A DNA stretch of 64,000 nucleotides from Eledone cirrhosa (GCA_964016885.1 OZ024743.1:91388001-91452000), one strand, 5' to 3'; numbered from the stretch's first letter, positions 1-13,374 are shown. Translations and numbers: made by a program. Notes: generated by a model not told the origin, from the letters alone.

Positions 1-237
1 TGTCTTTCTATTTTTTCTCCATTGTCTTTGTCCTAAGCACACCCCATTTTGAATTTATAATATATATATATATATATATATAATGTTATATTATATTATG
101 TATTATATATTGACAAGGATATAGGAAATATATTCACTACAATCCAGATTGCTCAGAATTACCCACTCAATGAGACATCAACGTATAATCAAGCAAATAT
201 GTCTCAGAGTGCTAACCAAATGCATGTTCTTAATGTG

Positions 238-718
238 ATCATCATCATCATCATCAACATTTAACATCCGTGTTCCACGCTTGCATGGGTTTGGACGGGG
301 GTATTCCCACTTGAGGCAAGAGTGATTGTCTTGCTCGCATAGGACTATCTGGCAGGTTTTCTACAGCTGGATGCCCTTCCTAACACCAACCACATTTACA
401 GTGTGGGTCTGGGAGGTTTTTACCGTGTTGCCTACACGGCCACATTACAGCGTGGACTGTGTGTTTTTTGTCGTGACACCTACACGACCTCATTTGTTTC
501 GGCCTGGATGTTGTGGCACCAACATAACTTTACATAGAAGGGGGCGGTGTGGATGGGGTGGGGGTGGTGGGACGGGGGTGTATTTTGTTAGAGATGCCTA
601 CTGACTGTAGTAGGTTTTACTATGTATTTAGGTAAGGCGAGTCTTCTCTATTACTGAGTACCGCCAAAGGTCTCGGTCCAGTGACATTGTCTTGGAGAGG
701 TGTGTGTGAGGTCGGAGT
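238..718 (-). mobile_element. RTE LINE 3' end (5'-truncated, (ATG)n tail)
   Basis: Reverse complement of ~12770-13255 (ORF end plus 3'UTR); (CAT)n at 238; truncated end abuts (TA)n. Confidence 0.9.
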
Positions 719-768
<50 letters not shown>

Positions 769-1060
769 AGAAAGAAGAAACATTAGACATAAATAAAAAA
801 AAAATATAAATACCCAATATTTCTCTACATTCTCGACTGTACAGTTTCGTGGCTACTTTGCAAAAACACTTTCTTTATAATGTATTATATAGCTCTGATA
901 TAGAGTCAATCTAATTCATTCAGATTATTTTGTCCGTATTAATCATAGAGCAATAACAGTTAAGGTTGACACCACACAAATTCAGGGATATATGTGTGTA
1001 TATGCATGTATATGTATGTATTCGCATGTGTCTGTGTATTTCTTTTTATTGTCTATATAT

Positions 1061-1393
1061 ATGGCTTAGTGGTTAGAGCATTGGCCTTGCAATCGAAAGT
1101 TTGTGAGTTCAATTCTCAGGCTGGGTGATGTGTTGTTTCCTTAAGCAAGACACTTTATTTCACATTGCTCCAGTTTACTCAGCTGTAGAAATGAGATAAG
1201 GACTGGGGTCCCTATCATTCCACTTCAAAGTGGAGGTGCCACGGCAAAAAAGCACCCAGCACTCACTGTAAATGGGGTTGGTGTTAGGAAGGGCATCCAG
1301 CTGTAGAAATCAAGCCAGAATCAGTTCCCATCCCACCCTTGCAAGCAGGGAAAAAGCGGACGTAAAATGAAATGATGATGAAATGATGATGAT
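1061..1393 (+). mobile_element. tRNA-headed CORE-like SINE with RTE-derived tail
   Basis: A box TGGCTTAGTGG, B box GTGAGTTCAATTCTC, CORE-like CCTTAAGCAAGACACTT, tail GGTTGGTGTTAGGAAGGGCATCCAGCTGTAGAAA shared with the RTE 3'UTR, ends in (ATG)n. Confidence 0.85.
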
Positions 1394-1586
1394 ACACACA
1401 CCCACACACACACATATGTAGGGCTCCGTTCATTATTGTCCACCAGGCTATAACAGAGGAATTTAAGACTAGTTGCCCATAGGAACTCTTATACCCCAAC
1501 GATCTGACCCTCATAGTTGAATGTTTGACAGAATTAGAGAAGAAATTTTAGACATGGAGGCATAGCTTGGAGATAAAAGGCCTTAA

Positions 1587-1804
1587 CCCTTTAGCATTCA
1601 CATTACTCTATATATACTATTGTATTTTTATGGTAAATGCTTTATCTCACATAATTATCTCACATAATATCGAATCTATGAGATTTTGATATTTATTTTG
1701 AGAACAATACCTTAACATCAGTATGAGCAGCTGGTTACAGCAAATTTGAAGAGAAAGAGGTGAGAGAATTCTGGATGGATATAGCCCGCTTAAATGCTAA
1801 AGGG
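1587..1804. mobile_element. piggyBac-type MITE, 218 bp
   Basis: TTAA on both sides (1583-1586, 1805-1808); perfect 12-bp TIR CCCTTTAGCATT; removing it restores the RTE KGLKVN codons. Confidence 0.85.
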
Positions 1805-1994
1805 TTAAAGTCAACCAGGCAAAGACCAAAATCCTAATGAGTAGAAAGGTAAACAGGGCCCTGATCCCCTGAGGGAAATATCCCTGCTCAATGTACAGGA
1901 AAGGAAAAGGTAGAAACTCAATCTTGTGTCCTAGATGCAAATTATGGGTATACAAGAGATATTGTGGGAAATCAGGCAGACTAGCCAAGAACTT

Positions 1995-2638
1995 TGTAGT
2001 GGATACATGTACAAAGCCTTAGTGACGTCACTTCCGCCTGGATGACGTCACTGGGGATAAAGAGGCGCCAAGAGTTGGTCGCCACTAAAATTTCACGCTG
2101 TCCAGACACGATATTTGCGACTCCAACAGCAGCAACCACAACTCAGGTCATCGCTTCAATTACTATCAGGGACATGATATATATATTTTACATTTCTACA
2201 GACCCTTACAGATTCTTACTCTCTCTCGTTCACTCATTCTTTATCTCTTGGTGTCTCTCTCTTAGCCAAGACAGTGAAGTTCACAAAGTTTTCTTGGTAA
2301 ATACATTTTAATTCTACTTTTACAAACAAACAAATAACATACATAACCCCTGTGTATTTTTTAGTATAACTCCGGCGCAAGTTATTTTCAATAAATTAAT
2401 AATATAGCAATTTGGTGTCACCGTGGTTCATTATATATATATATTCATTTTCTGTATGATCAAGGAACTATCATATCATCATCATTTTATGGAACAACAT
2501 AGCAAGCTACAAGTGAGCATGCATGCAACAAATGAATCAATACCACAATTCAATCTGCTACCCAACTATTAATCTCTATAATTGGTGACCCTCACAACAT
2601 TGTAAATTTCCATTACATTGGTTTCTTCTTCTATTACA
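1995..2638 (+). mobile_element. Probable solo LTR, 644 bp
   Basis: TGTAGT...ATTACA termini, 4-bp TSD ACTT, interrupts the RTE; promoter-like motifs near the 5' end and AATAAA at ~2390. Confidence 0.7.
2023..2060 (+). promoter_or_regulatory. Two full cAMP-response elements, the first overlapping an ETS site
   Basis: TGACGTCA at 2023 and 2043; TGACGTCACTTCCG composite; GATAAA just downstream. Confidence 0.5.
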
Positions 2639-3643
2639 ACTTCATATGTGGATGCTGCACAGGGACTGTAAGCAAAAACCCTCAGGAAACAAGCTCTTTT
2701 AAATGCATAGAGGACTCAATAGAACTAGTTGATAGTTTCTGCTAGCTGAGAAACCAAATCAGCAGTGAAGATGGGAGTTCAGAAAGTATACTTGCCAGAG
2801 TAACGACGAGATGGAAAAAGTTCAGGGAGAAAATGCCACTGCTAGCTACAAAAATGATTCTTACTCAATATAAAAGGCAAACTGCACGATGCCTGTATGT
2901 GAACAGCAATGGTACATGGAAGCGAAACCTGGCCACTGTGCACAGAGCATCTATAGAGATTGAAAAGAAATGAAGCCTGCATGCTCCGATGGATGTGTAA
3001 CAGTTGTGTGCATTAATGGCAAAGTGTAAATGAATTGAGAGCAAAACTGGCATATGAGGGATCAAAAGTTGTGTGCAGGAGAGAAGACGGTATGGGCATG
3101 TGATACGCATGAAGGATGACAGCTGTATAAAATGGTGCAGGGCACTCAAAGTTGTCAGGTGCCTCGGAAGAGGAAGACCTTGAAAGATGTGGGATGAAAT
3201 GATAAAAGCTGACCTGCCACAGCCGAACCTCTTGATGGAGATGACACAGGACAGAGACCTCTGGCGCTACGACATGCGACCCGAGCTGACATCCAGTCCA
3301 GCCCACACTGTAAACGTGGATTGCGCTTAGGAAGGGCATCCAGTAGTCTTAAAATCCCAGCCAAAACATGGTCCTGCTATGATCAAGGTATGGTACAACC
3401 AACTGGCTAGACCTTTCTCATGATGGTACCACCCAGTTCCACACTGTAAACGTGGTTGGTGTTAGGAAGGACATGCAGCATCTGTAAAAACCCAACCAAA
3501 CACAGGTATCAGCCACGTCAAAGCTATTTCTGATAATGTTATTCCCAGTAGCTGAGGGAACTAACCAGCACTGTGGTGACAGCAGATGTAGTTAAAACTC
3601 ATTGACTGTGTCTCTACAGCAACCCTTGTGTCACTCAAACATT

Positions 3644-4025
3644 CACTGTGCCACAACTATACTTGTGTGGCACACACCTTGACTGTGCCACCACTATACT
3701 TGTGTGGCACACACCTTGACTGTGCCACCACTATACTTGTGTGGCACACACCTTGACTGTGCCACCACTATACTTGTGTGGCACACACCTTGACTGTGCC
3801 ACCACTACACTTGTGTGGCACACACCTTGACTGTGCCCCCACTACACTTGTGTGGCACACACCTTGACTGTGCTCCCACTATACTTGTGTGGCACACACC
3901 TTGACTGTGCCACCACAACAGCTCTTGTGTGACTCACACATTGACTGTGCCTCCACACCAGCATATGTGGGGCTCATTCTTTGACTGTGCCACCAGCACA
4001 GCACTTGTGTTGATCACATATTGAC
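3644..4025. repeat. 37-bp minisatellite (~10 units, degenerate at the edges)
   Basis: Unit ACTATACTTGTGTGGCACACACCTTGACTGTGCCACC. Confidence 0.95.
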
Positions 4026-4129
4026 AGGCCAAGATGTAAGGAGCACTTTGATCCAGGTGCACTTAGTTTGTGCAGGGACTCCACACTATATTACATTTTG
4101 GAGTAGTGAGACTTCAAAATCTGAATCCC

Positions 4130-4290
4130 AGGCTTTCACAGTCCTATTGGAAGAACCTGTTCTTGGTTGTCCATGACTACTTCCTATCTCTGGCCATATT
4201 GGGCCATGTGGGGCAAAGGTATTGGGTCAGATCGCTGTGCCATCATGCCTTTGGCCGCCCTCTAGTTCTTTTCCACTGTCTTGGTGACAT
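4130..4290 (-). mobile_element. Divergent RTE 3' ORF remnant
   Basis: Minus strand reads PRQWKRTRGRPKA*W...MARDR. Confidence 0.55.
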
Positions 4291-4846
4291 CTGTTGCATA
4301 CTTTATATAGTTAATTTATGTGTCACTACAGTTTGTAGTAGTGAGACTTGAAATTATGTTAATGTTATGTAGTTCAACACCTTAAAATCACAATTGTTCC
4401 ACTGTTATTGATTATCTGATATGGTAATACTTGCTATCTTGATGTTCTTAACAAGATTAGGTTCTGTTATTTAATCTGCAGGGATGATCAGGTCAGTGAA
4501 ATACTGCAAATGGGTCCAGGCCAGATGTGAAATGTGAGCTCACAAAGCTAGTAATATGTCTAAGCCGTATTTCTTTGAATTTGAAAGTTAGAATCATCAA
4601 CAGTGACCATGAAAAATAGTTTAAGTTGGGCTTATAAAACCCTGGATATAGAAAAAAATGTGTACACTGCCACCTGTTGGATTTGAACCCACACCTGCAA
4701 ATATACCATTTTGATATATTGCAGGTGTGGGTTTGAATCACATAGGAGATGCTGTACAAATTTTTTCCATCTTCGGGGTTTAAATGACCAACTTAGGCTA
4801 TTTTTCATAGAGAAAGAACGTTGATATATATATATATAAATATATA

Positions 4847-4977
4847 ATCATCATCATCATTGTTTAACGTCCATCTTACACGCTAGCATGGGTTAGACAG
4901 GTTTGTCCCATTTAGAGGCAAGTTATGTTGGGTGACTGTGTCCTGCTCATATACGACTGTTTCTGGCTGGTTTTCTA
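4847..4977 (-). mobile_element. Short RTE 3' tail
   Basis: (CAT)n followed by TTTAACGTCC...GCATGGGTTAGAC. Confidence 0.75.
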
Positions 4978-6030
4978 TATACTACCCAGCCAAAGGTATA
5001 GTCTGTGTGGTGTAGTTGATATATACTGCCCAGCCAAAGGTATAGTCTGTGGGGTGTAGCTTATATATACTTCCCAGCCAAAGGTATAGTCTGTGGGGTG
5101 TAGCTGATATATACTTCCCAGCCAAAGGTATAGTCTAGGTGGTGTAGCTTATATATACTACCCAGCCAAAGGTATAGTCTGTGTGGTGTAGTTGATATAT
5201 ACTACCCAGCCAAAAGTATAGTCTGTGGGGTGTAGCTGATATATACTTCCCAGCCAAAGGTATAGTCTGTAGGTTCTAGTTGATATATACTGCCCAGCCA
5301 AAGGTATAGTCTGTGGGGTGTAGCTTATATATACTTCCCAGCCAAAGGTGTAGTCTGTGTGGTGTAGTTGATATATACTTCCCAGCCAAAGGTATAGTCT
5401 GTGGGGTGTAGCTTATATATACTTCCCAGCCAAAGGTGTAGTCTGTGTGGTGTAGTCTGTGTGGTGTAGCTTATATATACTGCCCAGCCAAAGGTATAGT
5501 CTGTGTGGTGTAGCTTATATATACTGCCCAGCCAAAGGTATAGTCTGTGTGGTGTAGTTGATATATACTACCCAGCCAAAGGTATAGTCTGTGGGGTGTA
5601 GCTTATATATACTTCCCAGCCAAAGGTGTAGTCTGTGTGGTGTAGCTTATATATACTGCCCAGCCAAAGGTATAGTCTGTGTGGTGTAGCTTATATATAC
5701 TGCCCAGCCAAAGGTATAGTCTGTGTGGTGTAGTTGATATATACTTCCCAGCCAAAGGTATAGTCTGTAGGTTCTAGTTGATATATACTGCCCAGCCAAA
5801 GGTATAGTCTGTAGGTTCTAGTTGATATATACTGCCCAGCCAAAGGTATAGTCTGTAGGTTCTAGTTGATATATACTTCCCAGCCAAAGGTATAGTCTGT
5901 AGGTTCTAGTTGATATATACTGCCCAGCCAAAGGTATAGTCTGTGGGGTGTAGCTTATATATACTTCCCAGCCAAAGGTGTAGTCTGTGTGGTGTATTTG
6001 ATATATATACTGCCTAGCCAATGGTATAGA
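4976..6030. repeat. 44-bp minisatellite (~24 units)
   Basis: Unit ATATACTNCCCAGCCAAAGGTATAGTCTGTGTGGTGTAGTTGAT. Confidence 0.95.
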
Positions 6031-7479
6031 GTTACCCATTCTCTTTCCCTCCTCTTACCCCCTCCTTCCTTTCTTTTCATTTAATTTTTTTTTCTCCCTC
6101 ACTATTTTTCTCTCTTCTTGTAATTTACAGTTTTTAAATATTTCTGTTCCCTGTAAACAATAAACCCATCTTGCTCTAATATATCTGCTATACAAACAGA
6201 TTCTAATTTTACTTCACAAATGAATTTTATGATGCATTTCAAGGACATGCAGCAGTAAGACAGGCTCTAACACCATATAGGTGGCAAACTGGCAGAGTGA
6301 GTATCAGACAAAATACATTCCAGAAGTTGTTTAGGCTCTCTGAGCTGAGTTCAAATCCTCGTAAGATCAACTTTACCTTTCACCCTTCCAGAGTCAATAA
6401 AATAGGGGAACAAATTCACAGAGTTGTTAAGGTGTATGACAAAATACCTTGCAGAATTTGTTTCAGTGTTTTGAGTTCTGAGTTCAAATCCCGCTGTGGC
6501 TTACATGGGTGGCAGACTTGAGCCATCAACTGGTTTAACACCTCCACATAGCCCTTGGGTGATTTTAGTAGAATTCACCCTGTCGCAGGCATTTGGCCCA
6601 GTATAACTATTAAATAACAATGTATTAACCCATGCAAGCGTGGAAAAACAGATGTAAAGACGATGATGAAGATGATATCAGTTTATTAATTAGTATCATC
6701 ATCATCATTTAACATCCATTTTCTCTGTTAGCAAAGGTTGAATGGGTAGGAGCTAATGACCTCTCGTGTTTCCACACTCTACAGAGTGTACTGAGTGCAT
6801 TTATCATAGCACCAGCGCTAAGGAGGTTGTCATATTTTTGATATACCCAAGTAGTCCTAAAATCCCTTTGGCAATTTTTCTATGGCTGGATGCCCTTCCT
6901 ATCATAATCCACTTTACAGAGTGTACTGTGGTTTTTTATCATTTTTGTTAAATAATCGATCCTCCATAAGTTTTAATGAACAGCATTCAGTAGTTTAATC
7001 AACTGTGTGTCTAACTAGTGAATTAACATATTGGTGGGTGAGTATTCCACAGACACGTCTAAGCCATGCTAGCATGGAAAAATGGACGTTAAATGGTGAT
7101 GATAATGATGATGATGATGTACAATCCATCAAAAAAAGCATTGGGAAAATTCGAAACGTGTGTCCCAACACAAATAACCATAATAATAACCAATCAGTAT
7201 AAATAATAGTTGAGAAAATTGGGTAAAAAGTCGTCAGTAAAAAGTGGTACATTACCTGATTTTCTCAACTATTACTTAGAGTAATTGACTGTAGTAATGG
7301 TTATTTTCATTGGGACACACAAATTTCAAATTACAAAACTGCTTACTCTTGGGTCCAAAATAATAAAGGAGTGGAATAAGCAGGGGGTGGGGTGGAAAAT
7401 TGGAACCCCACAAATCCTAAACCAATTGACACTCGAAGAGCATCTCTAAATCAACCTCTCTAAATCAACCAGCCTGCAG

Positions 7480-7760
7480 GCGCATGTTTAAAGTAGGCCC
7501 ATTCACACGGACCATTCTTGCAACATTCACCCACCTTTTAGCAAATGTACTGAGGAGCAGTACTTCTCTCTCCACTCTCACCTTCCTTTCCAAGGGATTG
7601 GCCGAAGAAGAAAGTGTCTGCCCTCAGTCCTTTCAACTTGGTCCACTACACAACCTCTTTCGCTACGGCCACCAGACAGGAAACTGCCCGCACTTCCCGG
7701 CCAAAAGAATGTGGCAGGGCACTCTTCACTATGAACTTGGTTGATAGCCGCATCAATCCT
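7480..7760 (-). mobile_element. Tx1/L1 ORF2 3' fragment
   Basis: Homologous to 14400-14670 (ACATTCACCCACCTTTTA, ACCTCTTTC blocks). Confidence 0.7.
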
Positions 7761-8164
7761 TAATAATAACAATAGTTGATAAAATTTAGTAAAGTACCCC
7801 TAGAGACAGAAAACATTGGACAGAGATGCCAGCAGGGAATTAAACCCTGTGGCTCTCAGATGCTGGGTGAGTCCATTTATACGAATGGGCAAGACAAGGT
7901 CAGCCGACTGGACACTGCCTACAACAGGACAACCCGTCTAACCCATGCTAGCATGGAAGAACGGACATAAAACGGTGATGATGATGATGATGAATTTCAT
8001 AAAACAAATACAAAAACAAAGGACAGAACAACTGCAATACAAGAAAACTAATTTAATTCTTAAAATCATGTAATGATTTAATAGAATATCTAAAAACCTG
8101 GTTTGTTAATTCAACTGTTTATAATATCTGTGTATAAATGTTCATAGTATTTGTAGTGAAAATA

Positions 8165-8370
8165 GACAGTATTGGTAGAGTGTCGAACAACTGCTTTATG
8201 ACAGAGTTACAGCCCTTTCTGATCTGAGTTCAAATCCTGCTGAGGTTAGTTTTGCCTTTCATCCTTACGGGGATCGATAAAATAAGTACCAGTAATGCAG
8301 TGGAATCGATTTAATTGACTTTACCTTCTCCCCCAAATATTGGCATTGTGCCTAAATCAGAAACCAATAT
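8165..8370 (+). mobile_element. SINE with Meta-like central domain
   Basis: GAGTTCAAATCC B box followed by TTTGCCTTTCATCCTTACGGGGATCGATAAAATAAGTACCAGT. Confidence 0.8.
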
Positions 8371-8810
8371 TTTATGTGATGCAGTCATAGTGCTGTTTTG
8401 TATTTCTATAGTATGTTTTGCTAATGTGGTTTCATGTGGTACAGGACGTTAAATGTGAAAATATGAGTAATCAGTCATTGTACTTGTTGACCGAGAAATA
8501 ATGTGTTTACAGTGGTGAATATAACTACTTGAGAATCATATGAGAATGAATGAGTAGCAACAATTAGTCTGAAGAAAAAGAATTAATTCCACCAACACAT
8601 ATTTATAAAGAACAACTTAAGAGTTGCCACCAGACTTAAAACTGGAGAAATTATTCACAGATTGCAACAGTGCCAGATGGCATGGAGCCAACTGTGTTGT
8701 TACAACTGAATTTATGACACCTCTACATTGACCTAAAGCATACATATATATATATAGTAATAATAAAGCAGCGATTCTTTGCTTAAAATTTAATCTGTTA
8801 TTTTAATAAA

Positions 8811-9374
<564 letters not shown>

Positions 9375-10160
9375 ATCATCATCATCATCATCATCATCAA
9401 CGTTTAACGTCCGTGTTCCATGCTTGCATGGGTTTGGACGGGGGTAGTCCCACTTGAGGCAAGAGTGATTGTCTTGCTCGCATAGGACTGTCTGGCAGGT
9501 TTTCTACAGTTGGATGCCCTTCCTAACACCAACCACATTTACAGTGTGGGTCTGGGAGGTTTTTACCGTGTTGCCTACACGGCCACATTACAGCGTGGAC
9601 TGTGTGTTTTTTTGTCGTGACACCTACACGATCTCATTTGTTTCGGCCTGGATGGCGTGGCACCAACATAACTTTACATAGAACGGGGTGGTGTGGATGG
9701 GGTGGGGGTGGTGGCGGGACGGGGTGTATTTTGTTAGAGATGCCTACTGGCAAGGCGGGTCTTCTCTGTTACTGAGTACTGCCAAAGGTCTCGGTCCAGT
9801 GACATTGTCTTGGAGAGGTGTAAGTGTGTGAGGTCGGAGTTTATCAGCTCATCCCAGGTTTTTCTAGGTCTGCCTATTCCGTGGCTACCGTCTATCTTCA
9901 TTGCCCTGCACTTTGTTATACAGCTATCGACTTTCATGCGCATCACGTGTCCATACCAACGCAGCCTTCTCTCGAGTAAACAACATCTGATCCCTCTCAT
10001 CTCTAATTTTTTCCTTAGTTCGTTTATGCTTTGCCGTTCACGTATATTACTGTTACACATCCAGCGGAGCATGCAAGCTTCGTTCCTCTCTAGTCTGCGT
10101 ATATCCTCTGCACACAATGCCCAGGTCTCACTACCATGCAACATTGCTGTTCGTATGCAG
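9375..10160 (-). mobile_element. Young RTE 3' fragment
   Basis: Near-identical reverse complement of 12439-13255 with a ~27-bp deletion near 9750. Confidence 0.95.
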
Positions 10161-10193
10161 ATATATATATATGTGTATATATCATTATCATCA

Positions 10194-12853
10194 CTAACTA
10201 CCTCCCAAATATCCGACAGTGACTATATAATTATTGCAGGCGACCTAAATGGTCACGTTGGACAACATTGTGACGGCTACGACGAAATCCATGGAGGCTA
10301 TGGGTTTGGTACTAGAAATGAGGAAGGCTCCAGAATCCTGGAATTCTGTGATGCAAATAACCTAACTATCTGTAACACTAACTTCAAAAAACGTGACAAT
10401 CACTTGATCACCTATAGATCCGGGGAACACACAAGCCAGGTAGATTATATCCTTACCAGAAGACGTGACAGAGTGTCTGTTGTAAACACTAAATCCCTCC
10501 CCCATGAAGAATGCACCTCCCAACATAGACTGATAATTAGCGACCTCATAGTCAGGACGAGACGTACTCGACAGCAGAAGAGGACTATCCTCAGGAGAAA
10601 AATATGGAAGCTAAAGGACCCCACAGCCATAAATAAATTTCAAAGCATATTACTTGATGCTTTCAACAGTAAGGAAGAACATTTAGAGTCGGACAATATA
10701 GAGGGACAGTGGGAATTTCTGAAAGCAAACCTGCTGTTGGCGACAGACGAAGTCTGTGGCTGGAGCAGGCCTGTAGGCAGGAGGAGAGTAACATGGTGGT
10801 GGAACAGTAAGGTGGAGGGGTCAATTAAGGCCAAAAAGCAGGCTTGGAAAGTATGGCGGGATGGGGGAAGTAGAGAAGACTATCAAGTGGCCAGGAGGGA
10901 AGCTAGGAGGCAAGTGTACTTAGCAAGAAGGGAAGCTGAGGAAAGAAAGTTCAAGCATGTTCTACAACGCGATGACCAAAAACGTGAGGTGTTCAGGATT
11001 GCTAGGCAATGCGTCAAGGAAAACCGTGATATTGTCGGGGAGAAGTGTGTACTTAACGATAATGGCATACTTGCCATCACCGACGCTGATAAGAAGGTAG
11101 CTTGGAAGTGTCACTATGAAAGGCTACTAAATGAGGAGAATAAATGGGAGAAAGACAGTCTCCCCCATATCGACCCAATAGAGGGACCAGCAGTGTTAGT
11201 CGAGGGGAGTATAATAAGTAAGGCAATCAAGGATATGAAGACGGGTAAAGCGGCTGGGCCTTCGGAAATAGTTGCTGAGATGCTGAAGGCAACTGGCACG
11301 GTGGGACACACCATGGTCACCCGCATAGTTAACCAAGTCGTACAGAATGGGGTTGTTCCGAAGGACTGGCATAGCAGCATCATCGTTAACTGTTATAAGG
11401 GTAAAGGAGACGCCCTAGATAGGAGTAACTATAGAGGCATTAAATTAATCGACCAGGTCATGAAGGTCACGGAAAAAGTAATAGCACAACTAATCAGAGA
11501 GAGAATTGACCTAGATGAAATGCAGTTCGGGTTTGTGTCAGGCAAAAGTACCACAGACGCTCTTTTCATTGTACGGCAACTACAGGAGAAGTACCTAGCT
11601 AAAGGTAAACCCCTCTACTTAGCTTTTGTCGACTTGGAGAAAGCCTTCGACAGAGTCCCTCGCTCCACTATCTGGTGGGCTCTTAGAAAACTAGGCGTTG
11701 ACGAATGGCTTGTGAGAGCTATACAAGCCATGTATAAAGAAACAGTCAGCAAGGTTAGAATTAACAACGAATATAGTGAAGAGTTTAGCGTAAAAGTTGG
11801 CGTCCATCAGGGCTCTGTTCTCAGCCCCCTACTATTTATTATTGCCCTTCAGGCTATAACAGAGGAGTTCAAGACCGGCTGCCCATGGGAACTCCTATAC
11901 GCAGACGACCTGACACTCATAGCGGAATCAATGGCCGAGCTAGAGAAGAAATTCCAAACATGGAAGCACGGCCTAGAATCAAAAGGACTTAAAATTAACC
12001 TGGCTAAGACTAAAGTTCTAGTTTGTAGGAAAGAAAATAAGGCGGCGGTCCCTTCTGGGAAATGGTCGTGCTCGGGGTGTAGGAAAGGCGTAGGTAGAAA
12101 CTCCATTTTATGTCCTAAATGCAAAGTATGGGTGCATAAAAGATGTAGTGGGATCACAGGTAAGCTAACTAAGAACATAGATTTTTCATGTGGCCGGTGC
12201 TCTGGTGCAATAAGTAGCAGCAAGTGCCCACAAATACTAGCTCTTTCAATTGCGCAGAGGGTTCTATAGAAATAGTGGACAGTTTCCGTTACCTGGGTGA
12301 TAAAATCAGCAGTGGGGGAGGGTGCTCTGAAAGTACAGTAGCTAGAGTCAGAACTGGTTGGAAAAAGTTCAGAGAGCTTATACCACTGTTAGCTGCTAAA
12401 GGGTTCTCCCTAAAAATGAAAGGCAGGTTGTACGATGCCTGCATACGAACAGCAATGTTGCATGGCAGTGAGACCTGGGCATTGTGTGCAGAGGATATAC
12501 GCAGACTAGAGAGGAACGAAGCTTGCATGCTCCGCTGGATGTGTAACAGTAATATACGTGAACGGCAAAGCATAAACGAACTAAGGGCAAAATTAGAAAT
12601 AAGAGGGATCAGATGTTGTTTACTCGAGAGAAGGCTACGCTGGTATGGACACGTGATGCGCATGAAAGTCGATAGCTGTATAACAAAGTGCAGAGCAATA
12701 AAGATAGACGGTAGCCACGGAATAGGCAGACCTAGAAAAACCTGGGACGAGCTGATAAACTCCGACCTCACACACTTACACCTCTCCAAGACAATGTCAC
12801 TGGACCGAGACCTTTGGCGGTACTCAGTAACAGAGAAGACCCGCCTTACCTAA
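10194..12853 (+). pseudogene. RTE endonuclease/reverse transcriptase ORF, N-truncated, one frameshift at ~12231
   Basis: ORFs 9810..12269 and 12224..12853; CCACAAATAC here versus CCACAGAATAC in the in-frame copy at ~30956. Confidence 0.9.
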
Positions 12854-13255
12854 ATACATAGTAAAACCTACTACAGTCAGTAGGCATCTCTAACAAAATA
12901 CCCCCCCCCCTCCCCGTCCCACCACCACCACCCCCACCCCATCCACACCACCCCGTTCTATGTAAAGTTATGTTGGTGCCACACCATCCAGGCCGAAACA
13001 AATGAGATCGTGTAGGTGTCACGACAAAAAAACACACAGTCCACGCTGTAATGTGGCCGTGTAGGCAACACGGTAAAAACCTCCCAGACCCACACTGTAA
13101 ATGTGGTTGGTGTTAGGAAGGGCATCCAACTGTAGAAAACCTGCCAGACAGTCCTATGCGAGCAAGACAATCACTCTTGCCTCAAGTGGGACTACCCCCG
13201 TCCAAACCCATGCAAGCATGGAACACGGATGTTAAACGTTGATGATGATGATGAT
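10194..13255 (+). mobile_element. Young 5'-truncated RTE LINE (partial APE, RT with PHD insert, 3'UTR, (ATG)n tail)
   Basis: AGDLNGHVG, SQVDYIL, NYRGIKL, FVDLEKAFDRV, GVHQGSVLSPLLF, LLYADD, FRYLG, RRLRWYGHVMR, GRPRKTW. Confidence 0.97.
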
Positions 13256-13374
13256 TGTCATCATCGATTAATGTCTATCTTATATATATTTTTATATATA
13301 TATAAGTTCTCAAGTAGTGTCATGGGGTGACCCACAGTTAAAAAAAGGTACTCAATATGTTGGTAAAGTATAAG

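Larger units (their letters stand above)
1419..3500 (+). mobile_element. Old degenerate RTE fragment (RT C-terminus to 3'UTR) carrying two nested insertions
   Basis: Homologous to ~11810-13140 (QAITEEFKT, PHD remnant, HGSETW); many stops. Confidence 0.85.

Noticed and set aside
1061-1125. tRNA gene
   Set aside because: A and B boxes are present but continue into a SINE body; multiple dispersed copies
3644-4025. 37-bp repeats with an internal hairpin resembling a CRISPR array
   Set aside because: No unique spacers, no cas genes, eukaryotic context; it is a plain minisatellite
8617-8733. Possible minus-strand terminal exon (GQCRGVINSVV...)
   Set aside because: Weak acceptor next to (TA)n and no recognisable protein
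9810-10193. N-terminal 128 aa of the 819-aa ORF as a real domain
   Set aside because: It is the antisense of the neighbouring RTE copy plus filler
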